Source of the DNA: Laetmonice hystrix
Lineage: Eukaryota
Assembly (NCBI GenBank): GCA_965235115.1
Contig: OZ249452.1
Coordinates: 6,882,001-6,946,000, forward strand
Direction of reading: 5' to 3'
Length of the DNA: 64,000 bases
The notes beneath the pieces are model-generated. The model worked only from the letters and a program-made list of their open reading frames with translations. It was not told where the DNA came from and ran no database searches. Position numbers and translations under genes: made by a program. This document shows, one piece after another, positions 12,401-27,400 of the stretch (positions are counted from its first letter, which is position 1; the number at the start of each line of letters is the position of its first letter).

Positions 12401-15400
12401 AGAAAACTTATTTAACTATGTAAAAATATTACAGTCTGAGAAAAGTACATTTTCAACTATAGTATAAGCATTTGAGTGTTGTATTACGTGCTAGCTTGTA
12501 CTCTGGTCCAGTTGGAATCACCAGTGTACAGTGTAAAGGAACCAATAACGCTGTAGCCCCGATTCGGATTTGTTTTGTTTTCCCATCTGGGAAGGGGGAG
12601 CCGTCCTGAGGGGCGGGTGCACACATCTCGCCAGAACATGTGGTTTTCCGAGCTATAAATGTAAATCTACTTGCCTTCTTCACTACCAAATACCCATTGT
12701 CCGTCATTGCTTTGTGCCCCAGTGTCCCTCAAAGTTGTAAACGACACGGCAAGAATATCAAACGGTGAAAAGAAGTCTTCGTACTCGAGAAGAACTCCCT
12801 CCCCAGTCACGTGACCAGTACCGGCCTGAATCATCTGGGACCGAGCAGGAGGTGTCGTCCATGACAACCACAGCTCTCTGGAAGACATGCAGTCTAGCAA
12901 GGAAGGCGTCAACTCCCTGGAGAGTTCCTCATGTATGCCAGGCACCCGGAGCTTGGTCAATACTGTCGCTGTGTTGTTGGTAGCGCCGAAGTGGACTTCA
13001 TAGGCGTTGGCGTCAATCTTCAGGGGTACTGTGTTTAACAGAACCTTTGCGGATTGACAGGCCTGGTAAAGATATAGCTTTTAGATTTGGGCCAAGAGTT
13101 TATCATTGAATTGTCATACTTTTGATGATATCTTGTGATATAATATGCTGACCCTCAACCAAATTAAAACTAACAATTGTGATAGACAGGACTAGATTTC
13201 TGGCCTTCAATATTATGCAATTGAGTGAGCAGACCTACTCGGTATCATGCGCAAAATCTGTCAGTCACATAATGTAAGCATGACTCTCCCGGCATATTCT
13301 GACTCACCTTGACCCGGAAGCGAATGGAGTTTCGGTTCATTGTCAGCCAAACAGGGGTCTGGGCCCAATCGCCGGCTGTCGTCTTGATCTCAAACATCTT
13401 ATCTAAATCTACATCAGACATCAATGATTCAGGAGAGCAAAACTTCACATCTTTGCATCTTCTTATCAAGGATGTGAGATACACGTACGTGTGAAGTAGT
13501 TTGAAGTTATTGAACCATCTTTGCCTTTCTGGTTTATGTGCATACACCTCGTTTGATACTTTCAACTTTGTACGAATATTACTGACACAAACCAATCAAC
13601 CCATATCTAATATCAGAAATTGAAATTGAAAGATTTTAACCTGATATATCCGTAAATTCCCACAATCCTTCAATATACTCTGCCGTTCGGAAACCGATGG
13701 CCTCAACCGGATGTGCCATGGAGCTTCTAGTGGCGTTCCATTCCATCATGACGTCACGGTCAATTTCTATTCCTCGTCCAACTCTTATGACGTCATTGGC
13801 CCAACCAATCCAAAACCAGGAACCTACACAAGAATAAGCGATACATCCGGCAACTTTCATGATAACGCACACTACATCAAAAAAGAAAAAGAAATATCCT
13901 TACCAATATGTGGATCTAACACGCTTCCTTCGAATCGCGCCACGATTTCTCCACCTAAGCTATCCTTGATGGCGCTGTGCCTGTTCCCAGACTCCCCAAA
14001 GACGACCTCGTACGCTGATGACGTCACGACGTCAACATATGTCGTAAGCACAACGTGTGCTCCCATGGCAGCACGTAATCGGAAGACAACCCCAGTTTTA
14101 CCGAGGACCATCAGCCACTTATTGAAGACAACATCGGAGTCGTTTGTACGCAGTACTGTTCCTTTACCTGTCACAGTTTGCAGAGGTTTAGGAAAGAATA
14201 ATATAACAATGCAAACTTCTGTCGCTGCTAAGGTTCCTTTGTTCTTTTTCTACAAAATACTTTGTAAAGTGTGTCTCCGGGGAGCTAGTGACCATGGTTA
14301 CTGGGCCACGTCCAAAAGACGGCATATCTACGTGAAGTAGATGCAGTAGATGCCACCAACAGGTAACAGCTAGACTGCAACTAGCTAATATTCGAGACAG
14401 AGTGCCCCCTCGTCCCCCAGTCCCAACGTTCTCAAAGTAACTGGGTTACGCCTAATGCCCGTGCATTTAATAAGAAATGCCAGTGCCAGGATGACCTTAA
14501 CAGTGGAATGTTCTGTAGAAATCATGTGTAGCTCTATCTAGGAAAGCATGGATTCCGTCTCAACTCGTGTAGGGGAGAGGGTCCATTGTCCTGCTCGACC
14601 ACCAAAGCTTTCTTTTTGAGAAGTGGCGGTGGCCGAGTGGGCATGGGCGTCGATACCTTATGCTATGCGAATGGGTACAGTAATCTTGGGGCTGGGGTTC
14701 AATTCCAGTAGATGACTATACAACTTTTCTCTTTCCGGACATTCTCAAAGTAAAACTGGGTTACGCCTGATGCCCGTGCATTCAATAAGAAAAACACTTG
14801 GAGTTACTCACCTGCGTCCCTCGATACATGCCACTCGGCCGATGTCTCCTGGTGCCCAGTGCTGAGGGAGACCTCCTGCACTGTCACGGGTCTCCCGTCC
14901 TTCCACTCTAGGAACTCTTCCTCCAGCAGCCGGCCCCGACCCACCCTCACCTCCCCGGCGAACCAAGACACCCAGAACGGGCGGAACGACTCGCAGTCCA
15001 CCAGGTCGGAGGTCCTCACTGTGGCCACAACTTCACCGTCAGGTTGCCTTTAGACAATATCAGGAAATGGAAATAAGTGAATGAATGGAACAGTGAATGC
15101 ATAGGACTACGGCGGCAGGCAGCAAAGGTAGAGAATGAATAACTTTGCTACAACTTTCCAAAAGAAAGGAAATAATTTACAGGCATCAGGAAAGGGGACG
15201 GACCTCAAAGGGTCCCTGACAGTAGCGGGTCCAGGGAGTTCATTTGGGATTAGAAAGAGAATTTTTCTGTTGGGGAAGTACAATAATTATATTCTCATGC
15301 ACATAATGCACACCCTTTCCTACACTGGCCATTATTTCTAGGAGATTACCCCAAGAGATATTGTGGGTCTATATTACGTTTTTTGGAAGATTTTGATGCT

Positions 15401-18400
15401 ATTGTCCACAGCCATAAATGGAAAGTATCAACTCTAGGCCTACTAGTGGCAGACACTATTTAAGTGATTTCACCTTGTTATAGTGGACAACCCGGGTTCT
15501 CCACCACCCTGTAGACGGATGATGTAGGCTGGGGAGCCCGGGGACCGGTCGGCGGGGCCCAGGTACAGGGAACCGGTGAAACATGTCCGTAACTCAAACT
15601 CTACGTAGTGACGGTCAACCTGGATGTACACCTGATCAAAGGTGTTCCCGGGCGGCATGGGGAAATAAAAGGCATCTCCTGCAAGAGGGGGAGGAGGAAA
15701 TAAAGGGGGGGGGGGGAAGGGGGAGGTGAAGGATGAGAATGTGAAAGCATTTTTTCTCCGATTTTATCAACATTAAAAGGAAAACATTTTTTCAAAAGGC
15801 AACATCACTGAAGTGGATTTGTCAGATTTTAAAAGGTTAGTCCTAAGAAGCAGGGCCATAGATACAGCTGTTTTAACTGGAGAATCACAAGTCAAAAACA
15901 GCTAGAAAGGCTGTCGTAAAGTGTATGGGCTACCAGAAACGTGGTCAAACTGCCATGCTCCCGTTGAGTTGCTGCCTGTGGCGAACGTGATTGCTGTGAC
16001 GTTCAACACGTGTTCGACGTTCTCGAGGCTAAGCATCATTGGTCCAGCACCGACCACGTGACCTTGGCCGACAACGATGTTACCATGGTCCCATAGCAAC
16101 CAAAACGTTTTAAATACGTCACAGTTCAGTACCCCTGCTGTCTCCTGTCTGTCCTCTAAACCGGTACCACCTTCCTTAAGTTGTCTGCAATGGGAAAACA
16201 GCTATGAATGCATGTCTTCATACTGAGTGTTATTAAAACAAATCAAATATCCTATAAATGTTAAAATGATTGCTGAAGGTCTCTCTGCAGAACAAGCTAC
16301 AGGGTTCCCACAGGTTGGCTATATTGAAATTTCATGACTTCTCTATGACCTTTCCTGACGAAAACTCCCAAATAGGCCTAGACAAAATAGACTAAAATCC
16401 TAGAATTGTCCCCTATACGTCGTGAAACTTTACAAATTAGACCCAACGTGCAGAAACTGAAATATGGCTAAATAAAAATCTCAAATTCCATGACTTTTCC
16501 ATGACTCTCCCTTGTTTTTCTATTGTCCATAACTTTTCTAGGCCTGGAAACCCAAATTTCATTTTACATGACTTTTCATGACTGTGGGAACCCTGTCTTA
16601 TGATGCCCTTGGAATGAGTGTAGGACCTACTATAGAACCAACCTGATCACGGACTCCGTATTTTCGTTCGCACCAATGACCAACTCCACAATTCCAGAAG
16701 ATTCTCCGTCATGGCCGCTGCTTAAAAGGAGTTTGGCATCCTTGCATGCCATGACTCGGAAAACCAGATGTTTATAGTGTCGAGCCACCGCCCACAATTC
16801 TCCATAGGTTGTTGATGGTTCCGTTGTGTAGTGCAAGGTAATCGCTGAAACAGGACCGTGGAAAATAGTCCCTTAACTTTTAACATTCTTGTGAAGCTTG
16901 GGCCCCCTTTTTTCATTACTGTCCCCGAAAAAAAGAGAGCTGACGTTTGGTTTGGTTGGTTTGGTTTGTTTTGGTTTGGTTTGGTTTGGTTTGGTTTGGT
17001 TTTTGGTTTGGTTTGGTTTGGTTTGGTTTGGTTTGATTGATTAATCGTCTTGTTCAAACCAATGGAAAATGTCGCATTTTGCCCGCAAATTTGGCAGGAA
17101 AATGCCCAAAATGAAATAATTAGTCTTAATTAACTATTTTACAACGAACCGGCCGATTTCCTGATTTCCCAGCGTCCTGTGATTCCATCTTCTGTAGCCA
17201 CTGAAACTCCGTGAATGGTCTGCATGTTGCCGTCATCCAGAAACACAATCTCCTCCGCCCCGAGCTCCCTTCCATAGCCGAGACTTACTCTTTGATTACT
17301 CCACCTCAGCCAAAATGTCAATGTCGTATTACATTTCAAAATGTGCGGCGTCGACACTGACTTCGACTCTGTTGTCCTGATGTTCGCGATGTATGTTTCC
17401 TGATTGCCGTCAGCCCCGATGCTGATCCGGTATCCTTGGTAGGAGAATTGTTGGGGGACTTCAGAGAGGTAGACGAAGGCGCTGGAACACGCTTGGACCG
17501 TGAATATAAGGTGGTCCTGGGCGCTGGTCCATGACACGTGGCGCCCTCTGCCGAGTGTTTCCATGACGTACGTGTCGTCTGCGGGATGAACGCAGTACAG
17601 GACTAATTATTTCCTGTACTGCAGGAAGGCCCCCTCCATTAAACTTGAATTATGTCTTTTCTGATGTCGATTTTTTTATTAGAGATGCTTCTTTCCAGGT
17701 TAGTTCAAGAATGGAAGCATTAGTCAGCTTCTATTTAGTGTTAAAGTTCCATCATCTTACCTGACAGACCCTTAAGCTGTACGTCCACTTAAAGAGTAAA
17801 AGTAACATGTCGTAAATGATCACTCTTAGTAAATGACACACACATACACAGGACAAGAAACTGGAAGGCAAAGATAATGTCTCATGCCTATTGTCATTCG
17901 ATTATTACGAAATACACAGAAAGCTGTCACAAATTACCTTATAAGGAATATGTTCTTCCCAAGCAGTATGGAGCCACCCATGATTGCAACTACATTTGGC
18001 AGCGGTGTTCTTCTTTGACGTCACGTCAGCATAATGACATATTGCTATAACTACGAGCACCGACTACTAAACGTTTCATAAACTTTGTAAAAAAATGAGG
18101 AGGGGTGACCTACTTAATATCCGCAAAGTACGTACAGGCCTACTACTTACCATCCAGGTGCCCGAACACCCACATGCCATGCGCCCCGTTGCCAGTAGCA
18201 ACACCAAGAGAGTTCACATTGACAGGCAAATCCACTCTGCCAGCCACCAGTAACCTCTGATTAACATCCGGTCCCTTACCGACGGAAATTACATTGCCTG
18301 ACCACGTGACCCAGAACGCCTTCACGGCGTCACAACTCAGAATCCCTGGCGTGCTGTGATTGGTCAGAACGTTGGCGTTGTGCTCTCCAAGGCTGGCGAT

Positions 18401-21400
18401 CGACGTCCATTTATTGTTACCACCGCCTATGGTGATCTAAAGATGGCAACACGCTTTTATATAATATAAAGACACATTTATAGATTTTTAGTTTATGGGT
18501 TTTATCTCCTATACAACGAGAACGTAACTTTAGCCTACTGGGGGATTGAATGTGAAATTGAAATTTTAGTTGAGGCGTTTAATCTGTTTCAGATTTAAGA
18601 AAGAGACAGTGAAGCTGAGTAGGCAGTTTTAAATGAAGGAATATTATGACGCTTTTGACCCATTAATTTATCTTAGATCTAAGTTCTATTTTCTGGATTG
18701 TATGAATCATTGTTTAATTTTATTTCCATTCTTTCAACACGTTGACCGTGACGTGTGATTCTTACTTGGTAAGCCATCTCTTGGTTTTGGCCTGGAATAG
18801 TAGCCAGAACAATGCGCCCCTCTGCGCATGCCTGAACTTTGAACCTGACTGAAGTGGTTCCGGTGACACCAATCCAGTGTTGATTGTCGACGGCCGGGTC
18901 AGTCGTCATCCAGTAGGTCTCCGCTGCCAACAAGTTTATCTTGTTTTAATTTGATCAAATTTCTTTTGTTTCTTAATCGACAATTTTGTTCAGGCCCCAT
19001 AAGGAAGAAGATATCGTCACTACGCGACCCTCGTTATTTTAGCTAGCCTAGCCTAGCACATAAATGTCCTACTTCTGGCTAAAAATATCCGATAGACATT
19101 TGACGTTGTGCGTCATTTTGAGATAACAGTTAGCAATAGTTAACGGTAGTATGGCCGTACCCAGTCCTATCAACAGATAAACATCGTATCCTCCCGGTCT
19201 ACTGGTCAGCGCAAGGTCGCCGTCTTCACACAGCGCCACCTGGCAGTCGTTCGGGTTGTAGTTTATGGCGTTACCGCCGAGGGCGCACGCTTGGTTCATG
19301 CAGTCCTCGATAGACGGCGCTGGTATCTGGCGCATGACGGGACAGCCCGAACCCTGTCCCGCGGCAGCTTTCCGGGACTGTTGGAAACTTTGGTTGCACT
19401 GACCTTCTGTAAATGGGCCCGGCAGTCTCTTATTTCAGTAATAAGTAATAAGTAATATTGCTGTCAGTATAAACACTTAAGGCTGTGCTTAGCTCTTTTA
19501 TTTTATTTTTTATCTATTTTTTTTAACCATATTCAAAAAAATAGATTTAGTTTGACATATCGCTACCTCATTAGAAAAAAGGTTTATGTAAAAACAGTAA
19601 TTAAAAACCACTTCTTACTGTGCAACTCAGCGGATTAAAACATTTAAACTTACACTTGGATCTAATGCAAGTGTAAGTTTAAATATCACCTTGTAAGTTC
19701 TTACAAACCTTTCCCTAATTCACATCTCTGAATTGCACTTAATTCATTTTCATGGAATTGTCAATTACAACCTTTCTTCACTGTGCGGTAGCGATATTCC
19801 ATTTGTTCACCCATTTAGTTATTTATGACATCTCTATACCGTAATGATGGTCAAACTTCCAGTCTCCTCCATTGTCTGGTGTTCTGGCCGATATGAACCG
19901 TATATCTCCTCCTGTACTTCTCCAGGCCAGGAGGGAGTTGTCCTTGGGGTAACCACTCCCTACCTCGACGATTCCCTCCTCCCACGATATCCAAAATCTG
20001 CGACAAAATGTAAGAAGGAGGAATGTTCATCAGCAAGTATAGCCCCGCTGTGGTATATACTGCGTCTATAAAATTACAAGTTGGTGATCCATTATGTATG
20101 AATGAACAACCCCAGATTAGGATTGCTAATTGTACAAACCTTCTAAAACTGTCGCAGTTCAGGGGGGCTTTGACTTGCGTAGATGCTACTGGTTCACTCT
20201 GAGAGTACCGAATGATTTCCACCTAAATAACAATACCGTAAAATGTTGTATATAAAGGACACCACCCTGTATGGGTGCCAAAAGTGATATTTTGTCAATC
20301 GAATCATTATCTAGTTGAGAAGAGAACAGACCTGCTCCAGATTTTAACATTAGAATTCAAAACTTTCCAAAGAAACATGCCCTCAGACTGCTCCAAAACA
20401 ACAACGCAATTTGAGATTCCCAAAACTGATATTCTAGAATTGTTCTTGGCGCCCCAAACTGCATATATTCTAGACTCTGCCTTCAGAATCGCTGTTAGCG
20501 TACCTTGGTGTTTTCCCAGCCACCGATGACAATCTCAAGGTCAGACTGCAGTTGGTCTGTCATGGTGGCGGCTAGCAGGACGTGTGCACTTCGACATGCA
20601 CGCACGCGAAACGTGACGTAATGACGACGTACGAGCAGCCACGCGCGACCGAACGGCTCGCCAGCAACCGTCCACAACCGGAACGAGTTCCCTGTCATCG
20701 GGGAAAATACCAGAATTGGTAAAATTGTTTCTTCCGTCAGAGAAAGGATTTATAGGCCCTGGGTCTGAGCGAGGATGTTGTTTGTAGTGTGGTATTAGCC
20801 TTGGGTTTGAGCGAGTATGTTGCGTTTTGTGTGATATTGGGTCTGGGCCCTGACCGGAAATAGCAATGCTGAAAGTGTCTCAAAAAAGGTAATCCATGTT
20901 ATACAATTGGAAAATTGATGCCTACATTTTATGGTAGAGCCATACTAAATATAAATTAAACAATAACTTGACCATATTATTTGAATATGGATTGCTTTTT
21001 TCGAGACGCCTTGCATGTTTTGACCTCATATAATTAGGCCATACCCTTTCGATATTCAAATAATCTAAGTTCAGCATACCATCGTCGCCTGTAACAATCC
21101 ATGTGGCCGAACTGTTCCCTTCCGACGACAGACCCATACTACCGACGGTGTAGCTGAACTCGTGCTGATAGGACAACAAGTTCTGACGGCCTGGGAAGAT
21201 TCCTTGTCCCACCGCCAGGTGGCCACGAGACCACGTGACCCAGAACGTGTGGTACTCAGAACAACTCAACAGCCCCGTGGTTGTAGCACGATGTAGCACA
21301 CTTCCATTGATGTTTGTGATTTCCGTTGTATTGTCAAATTCCTAAAAAAAATCATCAATTAAGATGTTCTTATGAGTCAGGAGACCGCGATAAAATCACA

Positions 21401-24400
21401 TTCATGACGATGTTTATGTCATCCTAAACGTTATATTTACCCGAATTCTGATTTCCAGCGTATATGGAAGAAGTTCGTTGGCACTTCCGGCTAGGAGGAG
21501 ATTTGCGCATGCGCAGGCCTTAACGGTGAAGATGAAAGATGGTCGGCTGGCGACATCAGTCCAGAAACGATCAACTCTGCCCGCCATGGTAGTCACACTC
21601 ACAATCTCCACTGTCAAAATGTCAACAGAGGAGGCTGTAGTGAGATCGAGAGAGAGACAGAGAGAGAGAAATACACGGACAAAGGGAGGAGAGAGAGAGG
21701 GAGACAGAGGGGGGATAGAGACAGAATGTCGCTTTAATGTCAGGGCACATACTTCCAGAAAACTAGATTAGTTCATGCGCATGCACAATGTACGTAACGA
21801 GTCTCTGTTGAGNNNNNNNNNNNNNNNNNNNNNNNNNNNNNNNNNNNNNNNNNNNNNNNNNNNNNNNNNNNNNNNNNNNNNNNNNNNNNNNNNNNNNNNN
21901 NNNNNNNNNNNNNNNNNNNNNNNNNNNNNNNNNNNNNNNNNNNNGGGTTTCATGAAATTCCTGAACTTGAACGACCAATTTTGGCTTGGTTATTTTAAAA
22001 CACATCTCCTACCGCCATCTAGTGGGACGCTCCATTTCTGTGCTCCTTCCGGTTTCGTAGAAAGAGCCATCGCCCTCACGGTCCGAGGATGGGACCCAGA
22101 CGCGGCCATTAACGGCTGAACATAATCACCAAAGAACAGATATATTTGTTCTCGTTGCCACCGGACACGGAATTTCCTCAGTTCTCCACATTCAATGACG
22201 TCATCAACTACCCGTCTGTCTAGAAGCTTTCCATCGATGCCGTCACGGATTTCAGCCACCATCTTACCGCCAACCTCGTTTTCGCCCAGGTAGATCTCGT
22301 ACACGTCATCGGCGAGACTTCCCGGGAATGACGTCATCGCTACCCGTGCATGTTGACAAGACGCCACGCGGAACTCGAATTGCTGAGTGTTGTGGTATGG
22401 TGCGAGCCAGATGACACTGGACGGAATAGCCATAGCACGCTCTGCTTGTGTGACTACATGGACGCTGTTTGCTGAGGCGAATTTATTAAAGCAATGTAGA
22501 GAAATTATCACCCATCCTCCTATGAAAACCCGTACAATCATAATATGCTTCCTGGATTTTTAGCGGCAGATTCAGGGGGCACCCGGACCGGGCTCCCTCT
22601 TTTCCAAACTCTTTCCTATTTTCTATGTTTTATGCGTAAAAATAATGGAATTTCGTTGAAAGATTTGGGAGAGATTTCTACTCTACATGTTCTGAAAAAA
22701 GTCTCCGGAGTTCCTTAAAAATACACTTACCTTCTGGAGCTGTTAATTGCCAGATTCCGTCGGTATTGTTGGTTTGAAAAGATATGAACTTGATTACTTT
22801 TGGTTGACTGTCAGCCCATTTTATAAACGATGTCCACTCGGTGCTATTCCATGCACCTAATTCAACTCGGCCATTGTCCCACGACAGAATAAACTCCTCA
22901 AATTCACCCTTACAGTCCTGTCTTCTCTCGGCAACTTCTTCCGCCCTTGTCGTTCCATCAGAGATAATCATAAATCGGTTTGTTTTGTCCCTGTCAATCA
23001 CAACCTCGTACGCGTCGCGGTTGGTTACGCCTGGAATGGTGCCGAGAGCGACGGAGGCGACACCACACGCCTGAAGATGGAAGCTGAAGAAGGCGTTGTC
23101 AGGGCTGGTCATCCAGAACTGGTCATAGCTACGGACCCCGTCTGTCTTAAACGTAAACTCCTGCGCTGAAAGAGGTAGATATAATTGCCGTGTAATTTAG
23201 GTTCTGAAATAATGTTGTCTGTCAGATACATCCAGATTTACGGATCAAGTTTAGAGCGATGCGAAACGAGCTAAATCTGTCACCCCAAGAAAACGACTTC
23301 CTCTCCAGGCATGTACACGTACCTGTCATTTTCTGGTACCTAATAAAAGTATTGAGCCTTATAGAGTTCGCCTCTCCTAATCTATGGAGTTCTTTTGGCT
23401 GAGCCTTCCCCTTACACCCCGCCCCCCCCCCCCCCTGTGGCTTCGCCAATCGTGTTTCCAGAGCTTCTTCCTGGCTAAGGACGTACCGAATGTTTTCGAA
23501 AGCTGCCACTGTGTGGCGCCACCAGCTGTGTCAGCTTTCCTCAATGACGCGAACGAATAGGCGGTGATGGCGCTAGCATCGTCACTCTTGTCCATCCAAG
23601 AAAGCAGCGACTGCCCAGGATATTTTCCCTCTCCAACTTCAATCAGGCTATTCATCCAGCTTATCCAGAAGTATTCAGGGACATTTTCCGTCACCAAGTT
23701 AGAGTATGGGACTCTTTGTAGTAACGCCTACAAAAAGTATTATTAGATCTTCCGGTTACTATTGCTANNNNNNNNNNNNNNNNNNNNNNNNNNNNNNNNN
23801 NNNNNNNNNNNNNNNNNNNNNNNNNNNNNNNNNNNNNNNNNNNNNNNNNNNNNNNNNNNNNNNNNNNNNNNNNNNNNNNNNNNNNNNNNNNNNNNNNNNN
23901 NNNNNNNNNNNNNNNNNNNNNNNNNNNNNNNNNNNNNNNNTCGGACAACGTATTTGAATTTAACCAGGTATCCCCACGTGATACACCTGTAAAGGGCCTA
24001 ATTACCAAGCTTCCATTTTCAAAGACTCTGTATAGGCCAATATCGTCAGTTTCCTTTACTCCAATTGCCACCTCAAAGTTCTGTGTCAGAGTCACTCCTG
24101 TGGCGTGGGGAATCTTGGCATAAAGAGCGATTCGACCTCCCATAACGGTCTTCAACTGGAACTCCGCCAGAGACTGTGCTGCCACCACGCGGTTTCCAGT
24201 GAAACCATCCACAGGTATGGTTTCGATGTGAAGAACATTATCTAGGCAGCGAAATATATACATGTACCATTGATTGGGTCAGTGGGGGATCCAGAATTGT
24301 GATAAGGGGGCACCAGGATTTTGATAGGGGGGCCAACTTAAACTTTTTTTGCCTCGTTACGCTCCGCTTTTAATTTTGACTGCCTACTAATGCATCTTCA

Positions 24401-27400
24401 TCCAACAAAAAAAAAAGAAAAAGGTAAAATCTAAGGGGGCCTAGGCCCCCTGGATTCCCCACTGGATTGGGTACAAAATTATAAAAGTTTTATCTCCCTA
24501 TAAACATAACAAATTACAATTAAAAATCTAGGCCTACCGGCAACGTTCGAGAAACGCCAACTTCCGGTTTCATGGTTGGCAGTAGAAACAGACACAGCAT
24601 GGACACCACGTGAGTCAACATCCAACCAATGCACAACCCGGCTTTGTCCCACGTCATGACCTTGGCCAAGTTCAAAATGTCCGCCATCCCAGCGCACCCA
24701 GAATGTCTTCCATTCCGTTTCGTTAAGAATGCCTTCCGTATTTTCCTCCGCGATAATGGAGTTGTCGACATTCCGTGTTTTGCGTACGACCGTTTTGTTG
24801 TTGTTACAAGCCCCGAGCGTGATTTCGTAGTCGTTTTCCGTTACTAATCCAACAGTGTTGGCGAGCAGGATGGAGGCATCATGGGAGGCCTTCACCTCGA
24901 GTATAAAACTTTTCGCTGAGGGCACCGAGGACCAGAAACGTTGGAAGCCGTATGTTCCATCCGTCATCAGTCGGACCATAGAATCTTTAAATGAGATGAA
25001 ATAAATAAAGAAACAAAAAAGAACAAACAAAAATACATAAGACATGCTGTCCGTTCTATATTTGCGTGCATCCCCTCTTTCAATGATCTTGTAAACACCA
25101 GAGCCGTCAACTTTACTCGACTCTCACGGGTGGAAATTGATTTCAACTTAACTAGAATTCACATAACTTTCCTTGAGATCCAGGCCAGGAGGAAAGAGGG
25201 CTATACGACTGCTAGGAATGGAGGGCCTCCTCTGAGAAGGGATTTCTGGGTGGTGACAAAGAAATTCGTTCTAAAAATGGTTCTCTGCCATTTTATGTTC
25301 ACTCATAGACAAATCGCTCATACACACCATCTTCAGACGGAAACACCCACTCGGCTCCCGAGGCCGACGGAGACCGAAAGGAAACACCTCTGACCGGAAC
25401 CGACCCTATATTTGTGACGTTCAATGTCAGTATGACGTCATATGGCGGCGTCCCTCTTCCTACCTGGACGACGTCTGACGTCACGCTAACCCAAAATGAC
25501 CTCAGTTCGCTGTCGTCTAGGACATTGATTGTACGTGCTCTTGTGAAATGTGACGTGCCGACGTACTCTAGCTTTGATTCGGTATTGAGGTTGATTCCCA
25601 GAGACAATATGTAGGTCATTGTGCGTGTCTGTCCTGGTGTGCGGAAGAAAATAACCTGGGCATTCTCAGCGCCACGAACTTGGAACATGAACAGGGACTT
25701 GTGGGTAACTGCCCACAGCGTGTCGAAGTCGGCAAAGTATGGGGGCGTGTAGAAGACATGGTACGGTCCTGTTCAACAACAACAACAACAAGCGCATAAA
25801 AATACAAGTTATGACTAAAACGCATGATACGAAGGAGCTATTAATGTATTATACTCCTTGAGATACTAAGTATGATATTGAACAGTAATATTTTCCGGTG
25901 GACAGGTCCAGGGCTGTAGCCTGGCCCAAATGCGTGGGGGGCAGTGAGCCTGCCAAGTGATTGCGCGTCATTGCGCCGGTCGAGCTGGCCCGGGGTGTGG
26001 GTTAACAAAAAGCACACAAAAACTGGAAATCCCAGGGGGGCAGCTACCCCCTGCCCCCCACGCAGGCTACGGCCCTGAGGTCGTTTATCAGGAGGTATCC
26101 CGGGCGTCTAATTGGCGGGCAGATGAAATGATAGGTCCTTGTCTAAAGTAGACAGACAGAATCAACCCACCTTGAACATGATTGATCTGCCAGACAGCGT
26201 CTACCTCGGAGGCAAACGACACAGCGTTCACCTCGTACGGTTCGGCGTCTTCAAGACGAAGGAACGTGTTCACACCGGGCGTGACGTCACGACCAGCATG
26301 CACCTTACCGGAACCCCACGTCACCCAGAAATACCTCCCCACGTTACAGTCTAGCAGGTCATCTGGGGTCACGACCCCTGATCCTGGGGTTTCTACCCCG
26401 TCTTTCCATATCCCAGAGAGGGTGTGGTTGGACCCTGTGGCCAAGTGAACTTGGTACACACTCATGGATTCGATGTTGATGTACGTTGCCAGGAGAATCT
26501 GAACGCTGTGACATGCGGTCACCTTGAAAACAAGGCTTTTCTTCTCAGCCACTGTAAGCCAAGCCTCGCGGTGCCAGTAGGCACGTGACGTATGTAATGT
26601 GACGTCACGTCCTGTCATGAAACAACGAAATTGTACGTATCTTTTTCGCATAGGAACCTCAGTTATACTGCACAGACATAGTACATTATACAGATAAGCT
26701 CTATTTACTAATGAAGGTGTCTAAAGCAAAGTAAAGTTTGAGACATATAGGCCTGAATGATGCTGTTCATATACTTGCCTTGGCCACTGTCGAATTGCCA
26801 TTCGATGTCCGCGCCATTTTGTACCCCACCTAGGTCGAGACGCTGAGGGGTGAATGAGGGGTCGGGTAACAGGGCTGTAATAACTACGTCACCAGCGTCC
26901 TCGTAACCGTATGATAACGTCAAGTTATTTTCCTGTAGGACGGAACGTATAGGAACGTATCGGTCCTCGTCAAGGTCAAACATAGAGGAGCTAAAATTCC
27001 TTTTAAAATGATACATATGTAGAGAAAGAGGAGGAGGAGGAGGAGGACGAAGAAGAAGAGGAAGAAGAAGAGGAGGAAGAAGAAGAACAACAACGAAAAT
27101 AGGAATCAGAAGAGGAAGAGCATCAGGAAGAGGAGAAGAAGAAAATGATTAAGAAGAGGGCGAAGAGAAACAGGAAGAAAACAGAACATAAACAGAGGAA
27201 GAGCAGAAAGATGATAAAGAACAGAAAGAAGAGGATGGGAAAGAAGAGGAGGAAGAGAAGGAGAAGAAAACTCAAATATTCCTTTTTGAAGGACCTCAAG
27301 GTGTTACAACATCAAGCTTATCCAGCAACAGACCTTCCAGTGTAGCCAGAAGGACCGGAAGGAATCACACGATAAGACCGTCGGAGTTGATAACCTCTTG

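Noticed and set aside
14623-14730. Functional tRNA gene
   Set aside because: A/B boxes present but no acceptor stem or proper cloverleaf; treated as a SINE
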